DNA of 63,954 bases, the filler included, from Licmophora abbreviata (taxonomy: Eukaryota), in NCBI GenBank assembly GCA_900291995.1. It is 8 parts of 8 records of this genome, joined end to end, with 100 filler letters (N's around TTAATTAATTAA, not from the genome) between each part and the next. Parts side by side here need not be neighbours in the genome. Positions count along the whole stretch, not along the records: positions 15,334 to 41,483 come from OLMU01004187.1; positions 41,584 to 43,143 come from OLMU01004189.1; positions 43,244 to 54,970 come from OLMU01004190.1; 5 more parts are not named here. The stretch is one strand, 5' to 3'. The notes under the pieces are model-generated. The model ran no database searches. It saw nothing but the letters and a program-made list of their open reading frames with translations, and was not told the DNA's origin. This document shows positions 35,603 to 47,797 of the stretch, piece after piece (position 1 is the stretch's first letter; each line of letters starts with the position of its first letter). The position numbers and the translations under genes are program-made.

Positions 35603-37526
35603 CTACCTACACAGAGTGCAGCAGTCACATTCAACCTCGGGGTCACTCCCTGCACAGTCTGCCGAGAGCACGAAGAGGCTTGTAACGTCGCAAAGTGCCA
35701 CTGGTACTGTACCAGTCAAGGCGTTCTCTTCGATGGTCATGTCTTCAATCGATCGCAACTCGCCCAGCTCGCTAGGGACAGGTCCCTCGAAGCCATTTTC
35801 TTGCACATTCAATGACAAGAGGGAATCCATCAATCCCAACCACGTAGGGAGGAAGCCGACAAAATTGTTGCGGTCCATCTGGAGTCTTCGCAGCGATCGA
35901 CTGTCCTGGAGTCTCGTGGGAATGGTACCAGCCAACCGATTCCCGCTCACAGACAAGCGAAGCAGAGTTCGGGACGTACCGAGCTCATTTGGAAGTGTTC
36001 CTGTCAGGTCGTTATCTTCGAGACGCAGTACCACAAGATTCTCCAACTGCGCCACGGGCAAGGGGATTTCGCCAGTCAAGGCATTCGAAAAGAGTTGAAG
36101 GTCCCGAATCGATGTCATCAATTCAATGGTCACTGGTAAGCTGCCCGTGAAGGCGTTGCTGTCCAAGTATGCTACTTGCAGATTCTCAAGTGCAAAAATC
36201 TCAGATGGAAGACTACCCTCCAGGTTATTTTGAAACAAGCGCACGTCCTCCAAGCTGGATAACAGGCCAAGCTCGCTCGGTAGATTGCCGGTCAGTTCGT
36301 TTCCGTCCAAGTAAAGCTGCTTCAAGCCACTCATATTCCCAATATTTGTTGGAATACTACCATCCAACTCCATGCTATCAGCCCAGAAGCGTTCAAGGAG
36401 ATCCAGCTGTCCTAGATGTGATGGAATCGCTCCCGAAAGCTGGTTGTCATACAAGGTGAGATCAGTCAGTGTCCGGAGTAATCCGATCTGAGATGGAATA
36501 GGACCAACCAGTTCGTTGTCGTCAAGCCACAACCTAGTCAGCGCCACCATGTTTCCGAAGGTTGTTGGAATCGTCCCGACCAGCCCGTTACTCCACACGC
36601 TAAAGCGATTACATGTCACAAAAAATCCAGCTTCCCGTGGAAGTTGTCCCTCAAGATTGTTCTTTTCCAGTTGGACTTCGACGATCATGCGTTCTTCAGT
36701 TGTGGTACTGCCTGTACCGTCTCCCACCATGTCACCCAGGATGGGGGTGTTGGGAATGGTAAGTTCTACACAGCTCATACCCCACCAGTCGCATTCATGC
36801 TGGCCCGTGAGCCATCCGTTGGAAATCGTCCAGTCGCCTCCGTTTGTGGAATAATACAGGACAAGCGAATTGTATCGCTGGACGACTCGCGCCGCTGGCG
36901 TCGAAGCGGACGATCCCAGCAAGTTTAGCGGATCATCATCCAGTAGAAACTCCATCGCCAGTACCTGAGGAGTGTCTACGCCAGCGGGTGGAAACAAGTC
37001 ATCTTCAAGACTGATGCCTGCATCAATGAGAACTTGAGAGATTTGGTCGTACTTTTCCTCGCGACCTTGGAGAGTCGGCGATAAGGTCACGACATCCGTC
37101 ATCGTGGGGGCGGGTGAAATGCCCCCGAATATGTCTGCACGAAAAAGAATGCAACAGTGAGTAATTCACAGAGCTCACACCTTGTTTAGCGTGAATCGTG
37201 TTCAAGTACTTACCATCGTCAGGGAGAGCCGGCCTCGGCGTTGGCGCGGGTGTTGGGGACGAATCGTCGTTGCGGAGAAGCAGCAGAGCTGCCGTAACCC
37301 CTCCAGCAATAAGGGCGAGGATGATAACCGTCCAGACTATCTTCTTGTTGCGAGTGTCGGGCTTGATCTTCGCCCACATCCTGGCGGACCGACCCCCTTG
37401 CAACGCGCGATCGGCGTCCTCCATGAGAGCGCTTTGACGTTGGTCTTCGATCGCTTCATCTTCGTACGGGTCCTCCTGGTGAGGATAGATGCTTCTCAGG
37501 GCATCTGTTTCGCTTTGAAAGCTCAT
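35603..37526 (-). CDS. Single-TM LRR receptor-like protein; exons 37526-37214, 37134-35603
   Basis: TM VWTVIILALIAGGVTAALLLL, QRY..LYYST..W...C.W.G..C cap, ~13 LRRs and ADC..C.CC..C. Confidence 0.88.
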
Positions 37527-37978
37527 GCTGTGATAGAACTGAAGAAATTCCTGCTATCAACGGTAGTAGTAGACTAGGAAAGGCAAGTCGATGAGCAAAC
37601 CTGGGTGTGATAATTAGTCACCATGCGACAAGAGTCATTTTCGGATTTCATTTTGTGACGGCAGATCAAACTTTTTTGGGAAGTATCAATTAGCCCAACG
37701 CATTATCTTTGCCCTCAAAATACAAGAGTGAGGGCGTTCCGTTGAAATATTTAGTCGTAGCAGGCTCGACTGATTCTGGGGACTCGACTCACTCGACTCA
37801 ATCTACCGAAAGCTCGTCGCAAACCTTCGAGCGAGGAGTGACACAACAACGAGTCAAAAAACAAGAGACGATAGCTAGGTTGCCTCTAGCACCAATCGAC
37901 AAACGACAAACACTTCTTGACACGTGCTTCACATTCGCCTTGTAGGATTTAGCTTGCTTACCTCTCTTTGAAAGCTTC

Positions 37979-39212
37979 CTATTGGACCTCCTTCTGAATA
38001 GGCACAGGCGGAGAGAATGAAATGGAGTTCATTCCGCCCATTTCCTCGTCAATCTCCAACATGTAATCAAGAAACTCCTCGTTTTCCCCCTCTATCGTAC
38101 TATTGAGACTTTCGTAACTCATGCTGCTCTCGGACATGAGAAAGTCACTTTCGCTCGTGTCCAAAAGCTTGCGCGGCGGAACATTCTGAACTCGTCCGGG
38201 GGCAGGCAGTTGCGAGTGCCGGAGTCCCATGAGGGGTCCTTTGAATGGCCATGGAGGAGAAAAGGACCACTGCATGGACGCGAAAATGTGCCAGAGTGGC
38301 TGGCGAAGAGCAGCACCCGAGCCGGGTCGTAGCGGGTCCGGTCGTTCCCATGGCTGTAGCGGTAGAAAGATGGGATTCATGTAGTCTCGGCCTTCCATGT
38401 TGCCTCTTCTCAGCCGATGCTCAAAGTAACGCTGGACAATCCGCAATAAGTTTTCCATGAGGAGCTCTTTCCACATCAACCTCGTTGCATGATGCTTGGC
38501 GATCGTTGGCATTTGATCTCTGCGGAATCGAAATAGTGTCACATCGGACAGCGCAACGACCTTCTCTATCTTGTGTTTCGCCAGCGATTGAATATCCTGC
38601 AACAATCCAAGTGCTCGAAAGTCGAAGAGCTGACCAGACTGAGCTTTTCGAGAACTCACAATCATACCGTTGTCGTCCGTGACGTGAATCTTGACCGTCC
38701 CCTTGTACACAATGTAGAAGAATTCGTCCGTCGGAATGGTGGAGTCTTTGTTGTATTTCACGACGATACAATACTCGGCGATTTTTTTTAAACATCATCT
38801 GTGACAGTCCACCAGTTCGGTAGAACATGCGCCAGAGGGCTTGTTCGTCGCGAGACAGTTCGACTGATTTCTCGTCGTTCAACAGTCGTACGATCGTGCT
38901 GACGTGAACATAGAGATTCAAGAGGGCCCATACGATTCCATCGAGCTGAACTTGGTCCGGCAGTTCCAGGTTTGGCCACATCGGAGCTCCCAAGACACTG
39001 TTCAGAAGCAAAAAGACGTAGGCAGAGCTCAGACACAGCCGAACAATGAGTAGATCGCTGTAGTTTCCCGCCAGAAAGAAGGAGAAGCAAGAAATCTGGA
39101 GCCAGATGCTAAACGGGTGCTTGATTCCAATCATAATGGGACTGGTGGCGAGCCCTAGAGGAGCTGTGGCATGTGAAGAGGCGAAGAAGGATGAGATAGC
39201 CGTAAGGCTCAT
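37979..39212 (-). CDS. Popeye-like membrane protein with a cNMP-binding-like domain; one-base frameshift in an A8 run near 38782-38789
   Basis: N-terminal TMs (DLLIVRLCL, WALLNLYVH) in ORF 38421..39335 and FYIVYKGTVKI..GQLFDF in ORF 37979..38761. Removing one A fuses them. Confidence 0.7.
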
Positions 39213-39507
39213 CTGAATCCTGCACTGACACCATGTCTTGCGCTTCCGAAGCTGAAGTATGGCGGGAAACTGATGTGAAAGGCCCAATGCGATTTCTGAA
39301 AAGTCAGTCTGTCGACCGTCCCTAGGGGTCAACAATCAACAATCGACAACCGTCCGATTCGAAGGATTCGCGAGCCCGAAGTTTGATGACGACAACGCGC
39401 TGTGAACAGAAAAGCGAGGGACAGTGCTGATCTATTGAATGCAACTTGGCGCCAGCAGACTCACCGAGACGATATTTATACCCTTTCTGTGCTTTCTCGG
39501 TGTCGGA

Positions 39508-40392
39508 ATGATGTTCGTGCGGAGGTCGATTAGTGCCCTGTTGCTTCGAACTTCGAGTACTTCGAATCGAACATTGACCTCTGCGAAATCTGCCAGAGTC
39601 GCCTTGTCATCAGCCGCCAAGACCAACGGCTCGTTTGAATCTCGCCCTTACTGTGTTTCTGGAGCTGATATTCTCAGTTCCTTCTCGTCGCCTCAACACG
39701 GAACCGATGTCGCGTCCGCCATGGAATCACTGGCACGCGCCGACGCGGTCTGCTTTGACGTCGACTCTACTGTCATTAACGAAGAAGGCATCGATGTACT
39801 GGCAGACTTCTTGGGAAAGGGCGAAGCTGTCGCTGAATTGACCCGACAAGCCATGGAGGGCGACACGAAATTTCAAGACGCCCTGGCGGCGCGCTTGAAG
39901 TTGCTCGAGCCATCGAAACAGAGCATCGATGAGTGCCTGCAGGCGACGCCGCTCCAACTGACGCCCGGAGTCGAGTCGCTAGTCGAGACCTTGCATGAGT
40001 TTCAGAAGGACGTCTATTTAGTGAGCGGAGGCTTTCGTGTGATGATTGAGCCGGTCGCCAAGGCGATTTGTGTCGCCAAGTCAAACATTTATGCAAATAC
40101 GATACTCTGGGACGACAACGGGAGCTATACTGGATTCGACGACACGGAACCGACTTCGGCCGACATGGGTAAGCCCAAGGCACTTGAAATGATCCAGGCA
40201 GAGAACGGTTATAACTGCATGGTCATGATTGGAGATGGTGCGACAGATGCGCAAGCTAAGCCACCCGCCAAGGCTTTTATTGGATTCGGAGGTGTCGTAT
40301 CGAGGCAGCCCGTCAAAGAAAAAGCCTGCTGGTTTGTGACGGACTTTGGGGATTTGGAACGCGTTGTGCGAGAATTCAGCAGAGCACAGTGA
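39508..40392 (+). CDS. PSPH: Phosphoserine phosphatase (HAD superfamily) with probable organellar presequence
   Basis: FDVDST, EGID, LVSGGF, GK and MIGDGATD motifs. Confidence 0.95.
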   Translation: MMFVRRSISALLLRTSSTSNRTLTSAKSARVALSSAAKTNGSFESRPYCVSGADILSSFSSPQHGTDVASAMESLARADAVCFDVDSTVINEEGIDVLADFLGKGEAVAELTRQAMEGDTKFQDALAARLKLLEPSKQSIDECLQATPLQLTPGVESLVETLHEFQKDVYLVSGGFRVMIEPVAKAICVAKSNIYANTILWDDNGSYTGFDDTEPTSADMGKPKALEMIQAENGYNCMVMIGDGATDAQAKPPAKAFIGFGGVVSRQPVKEKACWFVTDFGDLERVVREFSRAQ

Positions 40393-40511
40393 GCTTAAGA
40401 CCTTTGGTCTTCGCTTGATTCGCGCTACGAAGTAGAGTTATAGTATGGATTTTCTGATTATATAGAAAGAGAGCTTTTCAGTACGTAAGTAGAATGTAGG
40501 AGAGGCGAGTT

Positions 40512-41483
40512 TCACCAAAAGTCATCAACTCGACAATCTGTCGTGACACTTAGCGGAGAAGGAAAGGCGATGCGCTGGCCCTCTATCGCGCCGCTGGGAG
40601 TGACCTGGGAGCCGTAAATCTCAACGCGTCGCAAGGAGATGCGCCCACTCTTTGACTGATCAAGGAGGCCGTTCACCAGTCCCCGCAATTCCTCGTTGGT
40701 AAACCAATGGCAGTACTTGAGGCATAGAGTTTCGAGGTTGGGTGCAAACTGCACTAGCGACTCGATGATGCAGTTCCCAAGATTCGGACATCGTGCAAGA
40801 TCGAGGTGCCGGAGAGACGACCCGCGGGTTCGGAGAAACGAATCCAACACTCCTTTCGAGATTCCCGCATGAGTCAAGCTCAAACTGCGCAACCTAGGGC
40901 AGAGGCGCTCCACAGTCGCCAACGTCCCGTCGATGGGTCTGGTGGCGGGTCGTTCGCCTGTCAGCCAGCAGGGGCGTATCTCCAGTTTGGTCAACTCTGC
41001 TCCCTGGTAACGGAGAAACTCTTGCATGTGCTCGTCTTGGAGCCAAGAGACATCACGAAGGACTAGCGATTCAAGGGGTTGCTGAAGCTTTTGTCCAAAC
41101 AAAGCAAAGCTCGAAGGGGCCAGCATGTAGGCGTCCTGGCAAACCCCCGAAAGATGGAGATGTTTGAGCTTCGGTAGAGACTGTGGAAGGCCAACGAGGA
41201 CCGGTGTGTCAACAACGTATGGCCCTCCGCTGTGAAGGCTGACGACAAGAGACTCAACGCTGCGGAGAGCTCCAGGAGTGGTCAGTAGCGCTCGTAGGGC
41301 AGCCAAGACGCGGTCGTTGCTAGTCGCAAGGGGTCGACATTCTCCGCAAGAAAAGCAGCGGCCGTCTGAAATCGTGAGGTTCGTGAGCTTTGCCGCTTTC
41401 CACGGGGCAATCAGTAAGGATTCAAGGAACTTTCCCAAGTGATCAAACGACAAAAGATCTTCGAACGCCTTCATAAGGTCCAG
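40512..41483 (-). CDS. RNI-like LRR (F-box/LRR-type) protein, 5' truncated by a gap
   Basis: CPRLRSLSL, LRHLDLARCPNL and APNLETLCLKYC repeats. Confidence 0.75.
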   Translation of the reverse strand: MDLMKAFEDLLSFDHLGKFLESLLIAPWKAAKLTNLTISDGRCFSCGECRPLATSNDRVLAALRALLTTPGALRSVESLVVSLHSGGPYVVDTPVLVGLPQSLPKLKHLHLSGVCQDAYMLAPSSFALFGQKLQQPLESLVLRDVSWLQDEHMQEFLRYQGAELTKLEIRPCWLTGERPATRPIDGTLATVERLCPRLRSLSLTHAGISKGVLDSFLRTRGSSLRHLDLARCPNLGNCIIESLVQFAPNLETLCLKYCHWFTNEELRGLVNGLLDQSKSGRISLRRVEIYGSQVTPSGAIEGQRIAFPSPLSVTTDCRVDDFW

Positions 41484-41583
41484 NNNNNNNNNNNNNNNNN
41501 NNNNNNNNNNNNNNNNNNNNNNNNNNNTTAATTAATTAANNNNNNNNNNNNNNNNNNNNNNNNNNNNNNNNNNNNNNNNNNNN
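41484..41583. other. Assembly gap linker (artefact)
   Basis: N44-TTAATTAATTAA-N44. Confidence 0.98.
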
Positions 41584-41683
41584 TTAGCTCTGTCCTGGCT
41601 CTGGTGCGAAGACACTGATAGAACCATCCTCTCATAGGCGACAGCATAAATGTCCTTGCGCACAAGTATTGACTATTATTCGA

Positions 41684-43656
41684 TTACTCTTGAGCACGGT
41701 CTTTGTTCTTCTCTATAAGGTCAGCGCGTAACCTCTCTACTGGCTCGTGGAGCGTCCCGTCGTCGTTCAGTCGGTACGAGCCGATAAGAAAGGTGGGGAG
41801 CTCTTTAGAGGGGTTTTCTTTTTCTCGCGGAATTAGATGGAGAGTCGATTGAGAGCAGAGAGCTGCCACATGACTGAAACTTGAACCACAGTGGATCAAG
41901 ACATCTGCGTTAATCATGGCATGCAGCGTCGTTGGAGCATCTTCAATTAACAGCTGACAGTAGAGCTTCTGAAGTCGACAACAATCAAGAGCTTTCTGAA
42001 TAGGACCCGTTTTCTCTTCAGCGGTGATGTAGATTATGGATCGAATGCCTTCGAGCGCACTCGTCAGGGTGCCTGCAATATTCGTTTGAAAGGTCGTACC
42101 GTTACCGAGGGAAATATCTTTTGTCCGAATATGCCACACTATCACGAGGGTACTCGGCGGTCGCAAGTCGCGAAGTGCAAAGAATCGTGACCGCTGCATT
42201 GCTTGCATGAAAAATGGTCGAGTCAGCTGGTGTGGGTCGTCCGTTTTATCATGGAACTTGTCCATGAAGCACCATCCACCGTCACACAAGTAGTCCGAGT
42301 AAAAGCGAGTCGTTTTGTTGCATTCGAGCGTGACATTCTCATGACGAAATACAGCGTCCTGGAACTTGCCATCATCAATCTTGATATTGCTGTCGCTGCC
42401 AGGACAGAACTTTCTGATTTCTCGCCTGGTAATGAACACTTCATCGAGAGGGAGAAAGCCCGCGGAAACAAGAAAGTTATAGCGTCCATGATCCCCAGTT
42501 CCCTCCAGTCGATTGACGTCCAACCGAAACGGAGTTCCCGTTGACATTGAGAACATGATACCGAGCACAATATCCCAGACGCGGTGACCAAGTCCAGCAA
42601 GATTGTTTATGCTCACGATGGCGAACGCGCTACACGCAGTGTCGGGGTACCGTGTAATGTTGATGCTGTGTTCGCCGTCTTCTTTCAGACGACGAAGCTC
42701 ATGTTCGCTCCAGCGGTCCTCCAATGCATCAGTGAGGTTCGTCCATTCACAAACGTGCATATATATTTGCTCTTCAACCGACTCGTGCTTGTTCGCCAAC
42801 GACGGTGGAGTGACCGGAACAAGGCCGCTCCTCCGAAACATTGCTGGCGAAAAGGAGAGTGAGGGCGATGTTGTCCCGTGAACAATGATTTGCTCTGGTA
42901 TCCAGCCCACCTCAGAGCCAATGAGAGCCTGGAGCATGACATCCTTGTACGGTCCCTCTAGTAATGCCAGCCGAACCGAGTACTTTGTAATGTTCAACAC
43001 AGGAGCCCAATCATGTACGGACGAAACGACGCCATGATTAAAAACGTCGTCCAAGGAAATTGTCTCCGTTCCCGCGGGAAGCCAAGGAACCAAGGTATCA
43101 CGGCTCTTGTTTTCGGAATATCCCAGCGTCAAGACAACATTTTNNNNNNNNNNNNNNNNNNNNNNNNNNNNNNNNNNNNNNNNNNNNTTAATTAATTAAN
43201 NNNNNNNNNNNNNNNNNNNNNNNNNNNNNNNNNNNNNNNNNNNACATTTTGATCCCTCGGTTCCCACGGACAATAGCTACAATCAGGACACTGCTCTATG
43301 GATGGCCTTGTACAGACTTTATCACGAGATCGTATTATCTGCTCGTCGTCGCCGTCCATGGCACGATAGACCATATCCTGAATTACAGAACGTTGCACCA
43401 CCCTCGATAGGCCCCGAGGGAGGATGCACTGTGCTCTTGCTCCTTCCAGAGAGGGAGCATGACTGCCTGCCGCTACCGGTGTATCTAGTACTGCGACGCC
43501 GTGGAGCAATCGGGGTTTATCGACTGTCGATGATGGTATCAGAAGTTGAGACGGATCCGCAAAATTGTCTTTCTCGTAGTGCCACAACAGTACCAAGTAT
43601 AAAACGCATGATGCTAACGCACATATCTTGCTCATCAGCCGAACAATCTCTCGCAT
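41684..43656 (-). CDS. Type II membrane glycosyltransferase, fucosyltransferase (GT11/GT23)-like; split by a gap
   Basis: GLGHR, VWHIRTKD and ADVLIHCGSSFS motifs. 7-bp flank overlap (ACATTTT) gives in-frame PWEPRDQNVVLTLGYSE. Confidence 0.7.
43144..43243. other. Assembly gap linker (artefact)
   Basis: N44-TTAATTAATTAA-N44. Confidence 0.98.
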
Positions 43657-44097
43657 AGTGGCCGTGAATGTTGTGTCGCTGCGTTCATCATGGTCATCGT
43701 AGTCATCATGAATTTGTGTGTTCCAAACTTGAAACTGAGAACTGTGTTTGGTCCCGAGTAGTGAGTCCCGGGAGCTAGATCGGCAGCGATGAAGCAATGA
43801 GCAACTTCAAACTCTTGACCACATCTGATATGTGTTCTCATCGACTCACTCACTCTCGAATGCCAAGCCTAAAGCCTATGATACTACACTAGAAAGTGCA
43901 AATCGTCAACCAGTTCCATCGCTACTACGCCTTATATAAACAACACTATCAAAATCAAAACGAATCATACAGAGGGCTCACCAAAATTGGGCCGCTCTCC
44001 CAACGCTGCGCAGTCGGAACGGGACGTAAGACACAAAAGGGGCTTTTCCTGGCGCCAAGCGCCATATACCGTATGCCACGAGATCCTCAAAGGCGCC

Positions 44098-46386
44098 TTA
44101 CGCCTCAATCTCGAATTGCACCTCGTCGGAGTCATCGATGTTCTTGGTTGGATCCGGATCATCGGCTGTCTCCTTGGGGGGCTTGTTCTTGTGGGTAGAC
44201 TTTGTCGGCTCCAACTGAGGGCCATCATCCTCCGGATCATCGATCTCAGTGGCGATGCCGGCATTGGCAAACCAGTCGTTAAAAGCATGCGCCGCATCGT
44301 CCTCAATCTCGTCAAGGAGGCTGTCGTCCCAGCCGAGCTTGCGCGAAACTTCGATAAGCGCATACGTGGCTGCGAGCATCAAGTAAGCCACAAAGAACAT
44401 CCACTGCTCGGCGTGTTCCCAGCAGTCTGACGGGTAGGTAATGCACTGCTCCCAAGTCGGCTTGCTGAAGTTATCGAAACCCGCTTCAGGAACATGGATG
44501 ATGCCAACCGCAGCGAATACGGCTCCAAGCATGGCCCAGATAGCAGCGTTCTTCCACTTTCGATCAATCACCATAACGAGCATTGCTGCCCAGACAAAGG
44601 AGACCAAAAGAGCTCCTCGCTTCCAGGCAAGGACTCCATACCACTGGGAAAGACCAGTCCGGTTGAGGTTCCCCCCACCTACTGGGTCTTGAAGAGGGCC
44701 CATGGCGGCTACGTTCGTAACCCAGTCGAACACGGACGGGAAGAGACCGACCAAGTAGGCCGAGTAGTGGCGGGCCGGCATGAAGTTCAACGCCTCCTCG
44801 TTGATCATCAATCCTACAAAAAGAACAATCTACCGTATAGAAAGAGGCAGAAAAACGAGAGTGTCAGTCAGATTCCGTGTAGAGCCCACACCATGTCCAA
44901 ACACAATTCTCACTTACAGGGCCAATCGTAGCTTGGTTGACGATGGATTGTATCAACGCGAGAATTCCAAACCAGGAAAGAACGAAAAAGATCGTTCCGT
45001 TGGCGAGAGAGTATCCCGTAAGGGCACCGGAGCGCTTGTGGGCAGGGTGACCAATGTAAACGACCGTTCCGAACGGCGAGCCAAAGAAGGAGCAGATCAT
45101 GGTTCCAATACCGTCGGCGATCATGGTCTCGCGCACAGGGTAAGGATCTCCGGCATTCTTGGCACTCACGAGACACATGAGAGTACTCGCCGTGGCGGCG
45201 ATTCCAATGGGGATGACAATGCCGAGGTAATCCTGGACCAAATCAAAGCCGTCAAAGAGCTCGGAGGCACTCCAGTCCGGTCCATACCACTTGATAAGGT
45301 CCCAAGCCTCTTCAACCCTCTCTTTTTCGTTGAGGCCCGTAATCCATCCAAGAGCGACACCAACGATGATGACCTGGAGAGCTTCTGGGAGACGGAACCA
45401 TTTGTAGCCGACTCGAACGCCGGCATACCATCCAATGAAGACGAAGCCAATGGTGTAGTAGCCAACAAGGGGGGCGGCAATAGAGTTTGTAACCTGGACA
45501 ATTGAGAGAAATAGGCAGCGCACAGTGAGTTGGGCGCACAGTACCTCCGTGAATTGGGACACAGAGCCAGCCATCCGAGTCTGCGTGTCACATACCTGCT
45601 CAAGTCCTAAGAAGGCGAATCCAATACCCGCAATGGGGACAAGGAGAGCTGAAGGAGGAACATATCTAAGGATGAGAGGTCCGAAGACGGACAAGACTGC
45701 CGAAATGAGGCCCGTGATGAAGTTCGCGGCCAGAGCAACCCTGTAAGCAATGGTGAAGGCTTCCTTAGGACCTTCAGTTCCGGCCAAACTAAAGTAAACC
45801 GGGTCTTTATTGTGATGTGAGGAAAGAGCCAAAAGCGTGTCAGTGCAACGGAAGTTCGGACAAATAATGACCTAACTGGAAGTAAACTTACACATGATGT
45901 TGAAGACAAAAGAGAATGCAGCCGGTGTGTTCAGTCCATAAGGCTGTGCCGTGTAGGGGCGACCCCAGCGATTGGTAAGGCGGATGCCCATCCAGGTGTA
46001 GTAGGCGTTTCCGACGATCAGGGAGAGGCCCACGCCCGGGACAATCTTGCTCCAAACGACCTCGTTGATATCGCTATCGTCCACGCCGAAGTTTCGCATA
46101 GCCTGGATGGCAAAGAGAGCTCCAAGGAGCGTGGAAAGATTGTCGAAGAAGAGCTGACAGAGGCATCCCCAGTCTCCTCCACTGCCGATCGGTGGAGATC
46201 ACAAAGAACAACGTATGGTCAGTACGGAGCGGCACAGAGAAAGTAATTCCGCATTGAGAAAGATTAGCAAAACTGAGCTACTCACGTCATCCGAAAGCCC
46301 ACGCAAAAGTCCTTGAGCTCCGCTCCAACTCTCTTGAATCCGAGAGGGATTTCATGGGTCGGGATCTTCTCAGTTTCTTCCGCCAT
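44098..46386 (-). CDS. NCS2/AzgA-like nucleobase (xanthine/uracil-type) permease; exons 46386-46286, 46181-45892, 45804-45596, 45493-44918, 44829-44098
   Basis: Multi-TM. GD...LFFDNL, TAQPYGLNTP, SAKNAGDPYPVRETMIADG, FGSPFGTVVYIGHPAHKRSGA. Four GT-AG introns keep frame. Confidence 0.88.
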
Positions 46387-46791
46387 GGTTGCCAAGTTCT
46401 TACTTCAACGGCGAAGAAGATATGCCGCAACAGATGGGCAGAGATACGTAGTTGTGACTTGAAAATTTTCGGATTCAGAACAATCAATCGGGTCAACTTC
46501 AAAAGTGCCGCCCGCCGTTTTGAACTTTGAAGATGGACGACATCGGTCACTTAAGGAGGGGTGTCAAGGGCATACATCAATTATGGAAGGCGTCTTCTCA
46601 ACTTCCTTTCGACGACTGGAAGTTTGACAGATCCGGGGGTTTTCTCATTCCAAACTGTTCTTGTGCCGCAAGGGGTGCACAAGGGCTGATCTGACTGTTC
46701 TCCTTTTTGTTCCGTGTCAGACTGCAAACAGTGTTACCAGTATTGTCTACTTGCTTGTACCGGAAAGGCCAAAAACTTCTTCTGTTTCACC

Positions 46792-47711
46792 ATGGCCACC
46801 TACATACCAGCAGATCCCTATCGTTGGCCGTTCAATGGCGATCTGACGCCATCCAATACTTGCATCATTGTCATCGGTGAGTTTTCTTTGCGTGTGCGCG
46901 CGGATCAAGCTGTTGCAAATTGGAATTTTGATCGACTGATTAACTTTGTTTTCCTCTCCAGACATGCAAGTCGACTTTTGCGCCCCAGGTGGCTATGTCG
47001 ACAAGATGGGGTACGATATACAGCTCACGCGGGCCCCGATCGAGCCTATTTCCAAAGTACTCGAGTCTATGCGCGCCAAGGGATATCACGTCATGCACAC
47101 GCGGGAGGGACACCGTCCTGACATGGCCGACTGTCCTCCCAACAAGGTCTGGCGAAGTAAACAGATTGGAGCAGAGATCGGGTCGATGGGTCCTTGTGGA
47201 CGTATACTTATCAAGGGAGAACCTGGATGGGACATTATACCCGAACTGGCGCCGATGCCGAACGAAGTCGTCGTGGACAAGCCTGGGAAAGGATCGTTCG
47301 TTGGTACTAACCTGGATCTGATCCTTCGAAGTCGTGGCATCTGTAACATTATCCTTGCCGGTGTCACGACAGATGTATGTGTGCATACGACGATGCGAAA
47401 TGCGAACGATATGGGCTATGAGTGCTTGTTGTTGGAGGTGAGTGAATTCGTGAAGAGTGAGGATGCTGCTCAACGAGGTGATAGAGTGCAGTATCTAGTA
47501 GTACACTCTGCGAAAGCTGGCACCGTCTCTCACCGAACGTGTGACCAATCAAATTTGTTTGTTGTTGTTGTTGTTGTTCTCCTTGCAGGACTGCTGTGCT
47601 GCGACCGATCCTGACAACCACAAAAGTGCCATAAACATGATCAAGATGCAGGGTGGCGTGTTTGGATCGGTGTCTGACTCCAAGGCGCTGATTGCCGCGT
47701 TGTCGGAGTAA
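46792..47711 (+). CDS. biuH: Biuret hydrolase (isochorismatase-like cysteine hydrolase); exons 46792-46876, 46962-47437, 47589-47711
   Basis: [51 protein letters not shown] and [11 protein letters not shown] triad and BiuH-type signature. Confidence 0.88.
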
Positions 47712-47797
47712 TTATTGTACTAATCAGCCGTGTACGTTATTTTATGAACATGGCACATGACGAAACGTTTTCTGCTGAAGCAAATGAGAGAGTGCGT

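Noticed and set aside
38780..38795. Programmed -1 ribosomal frameshift at A AAA AAT
   Set aside because: A -1 shift reaches a stop within a few codons; the needed correction is +1, which fits a homopolymer error better
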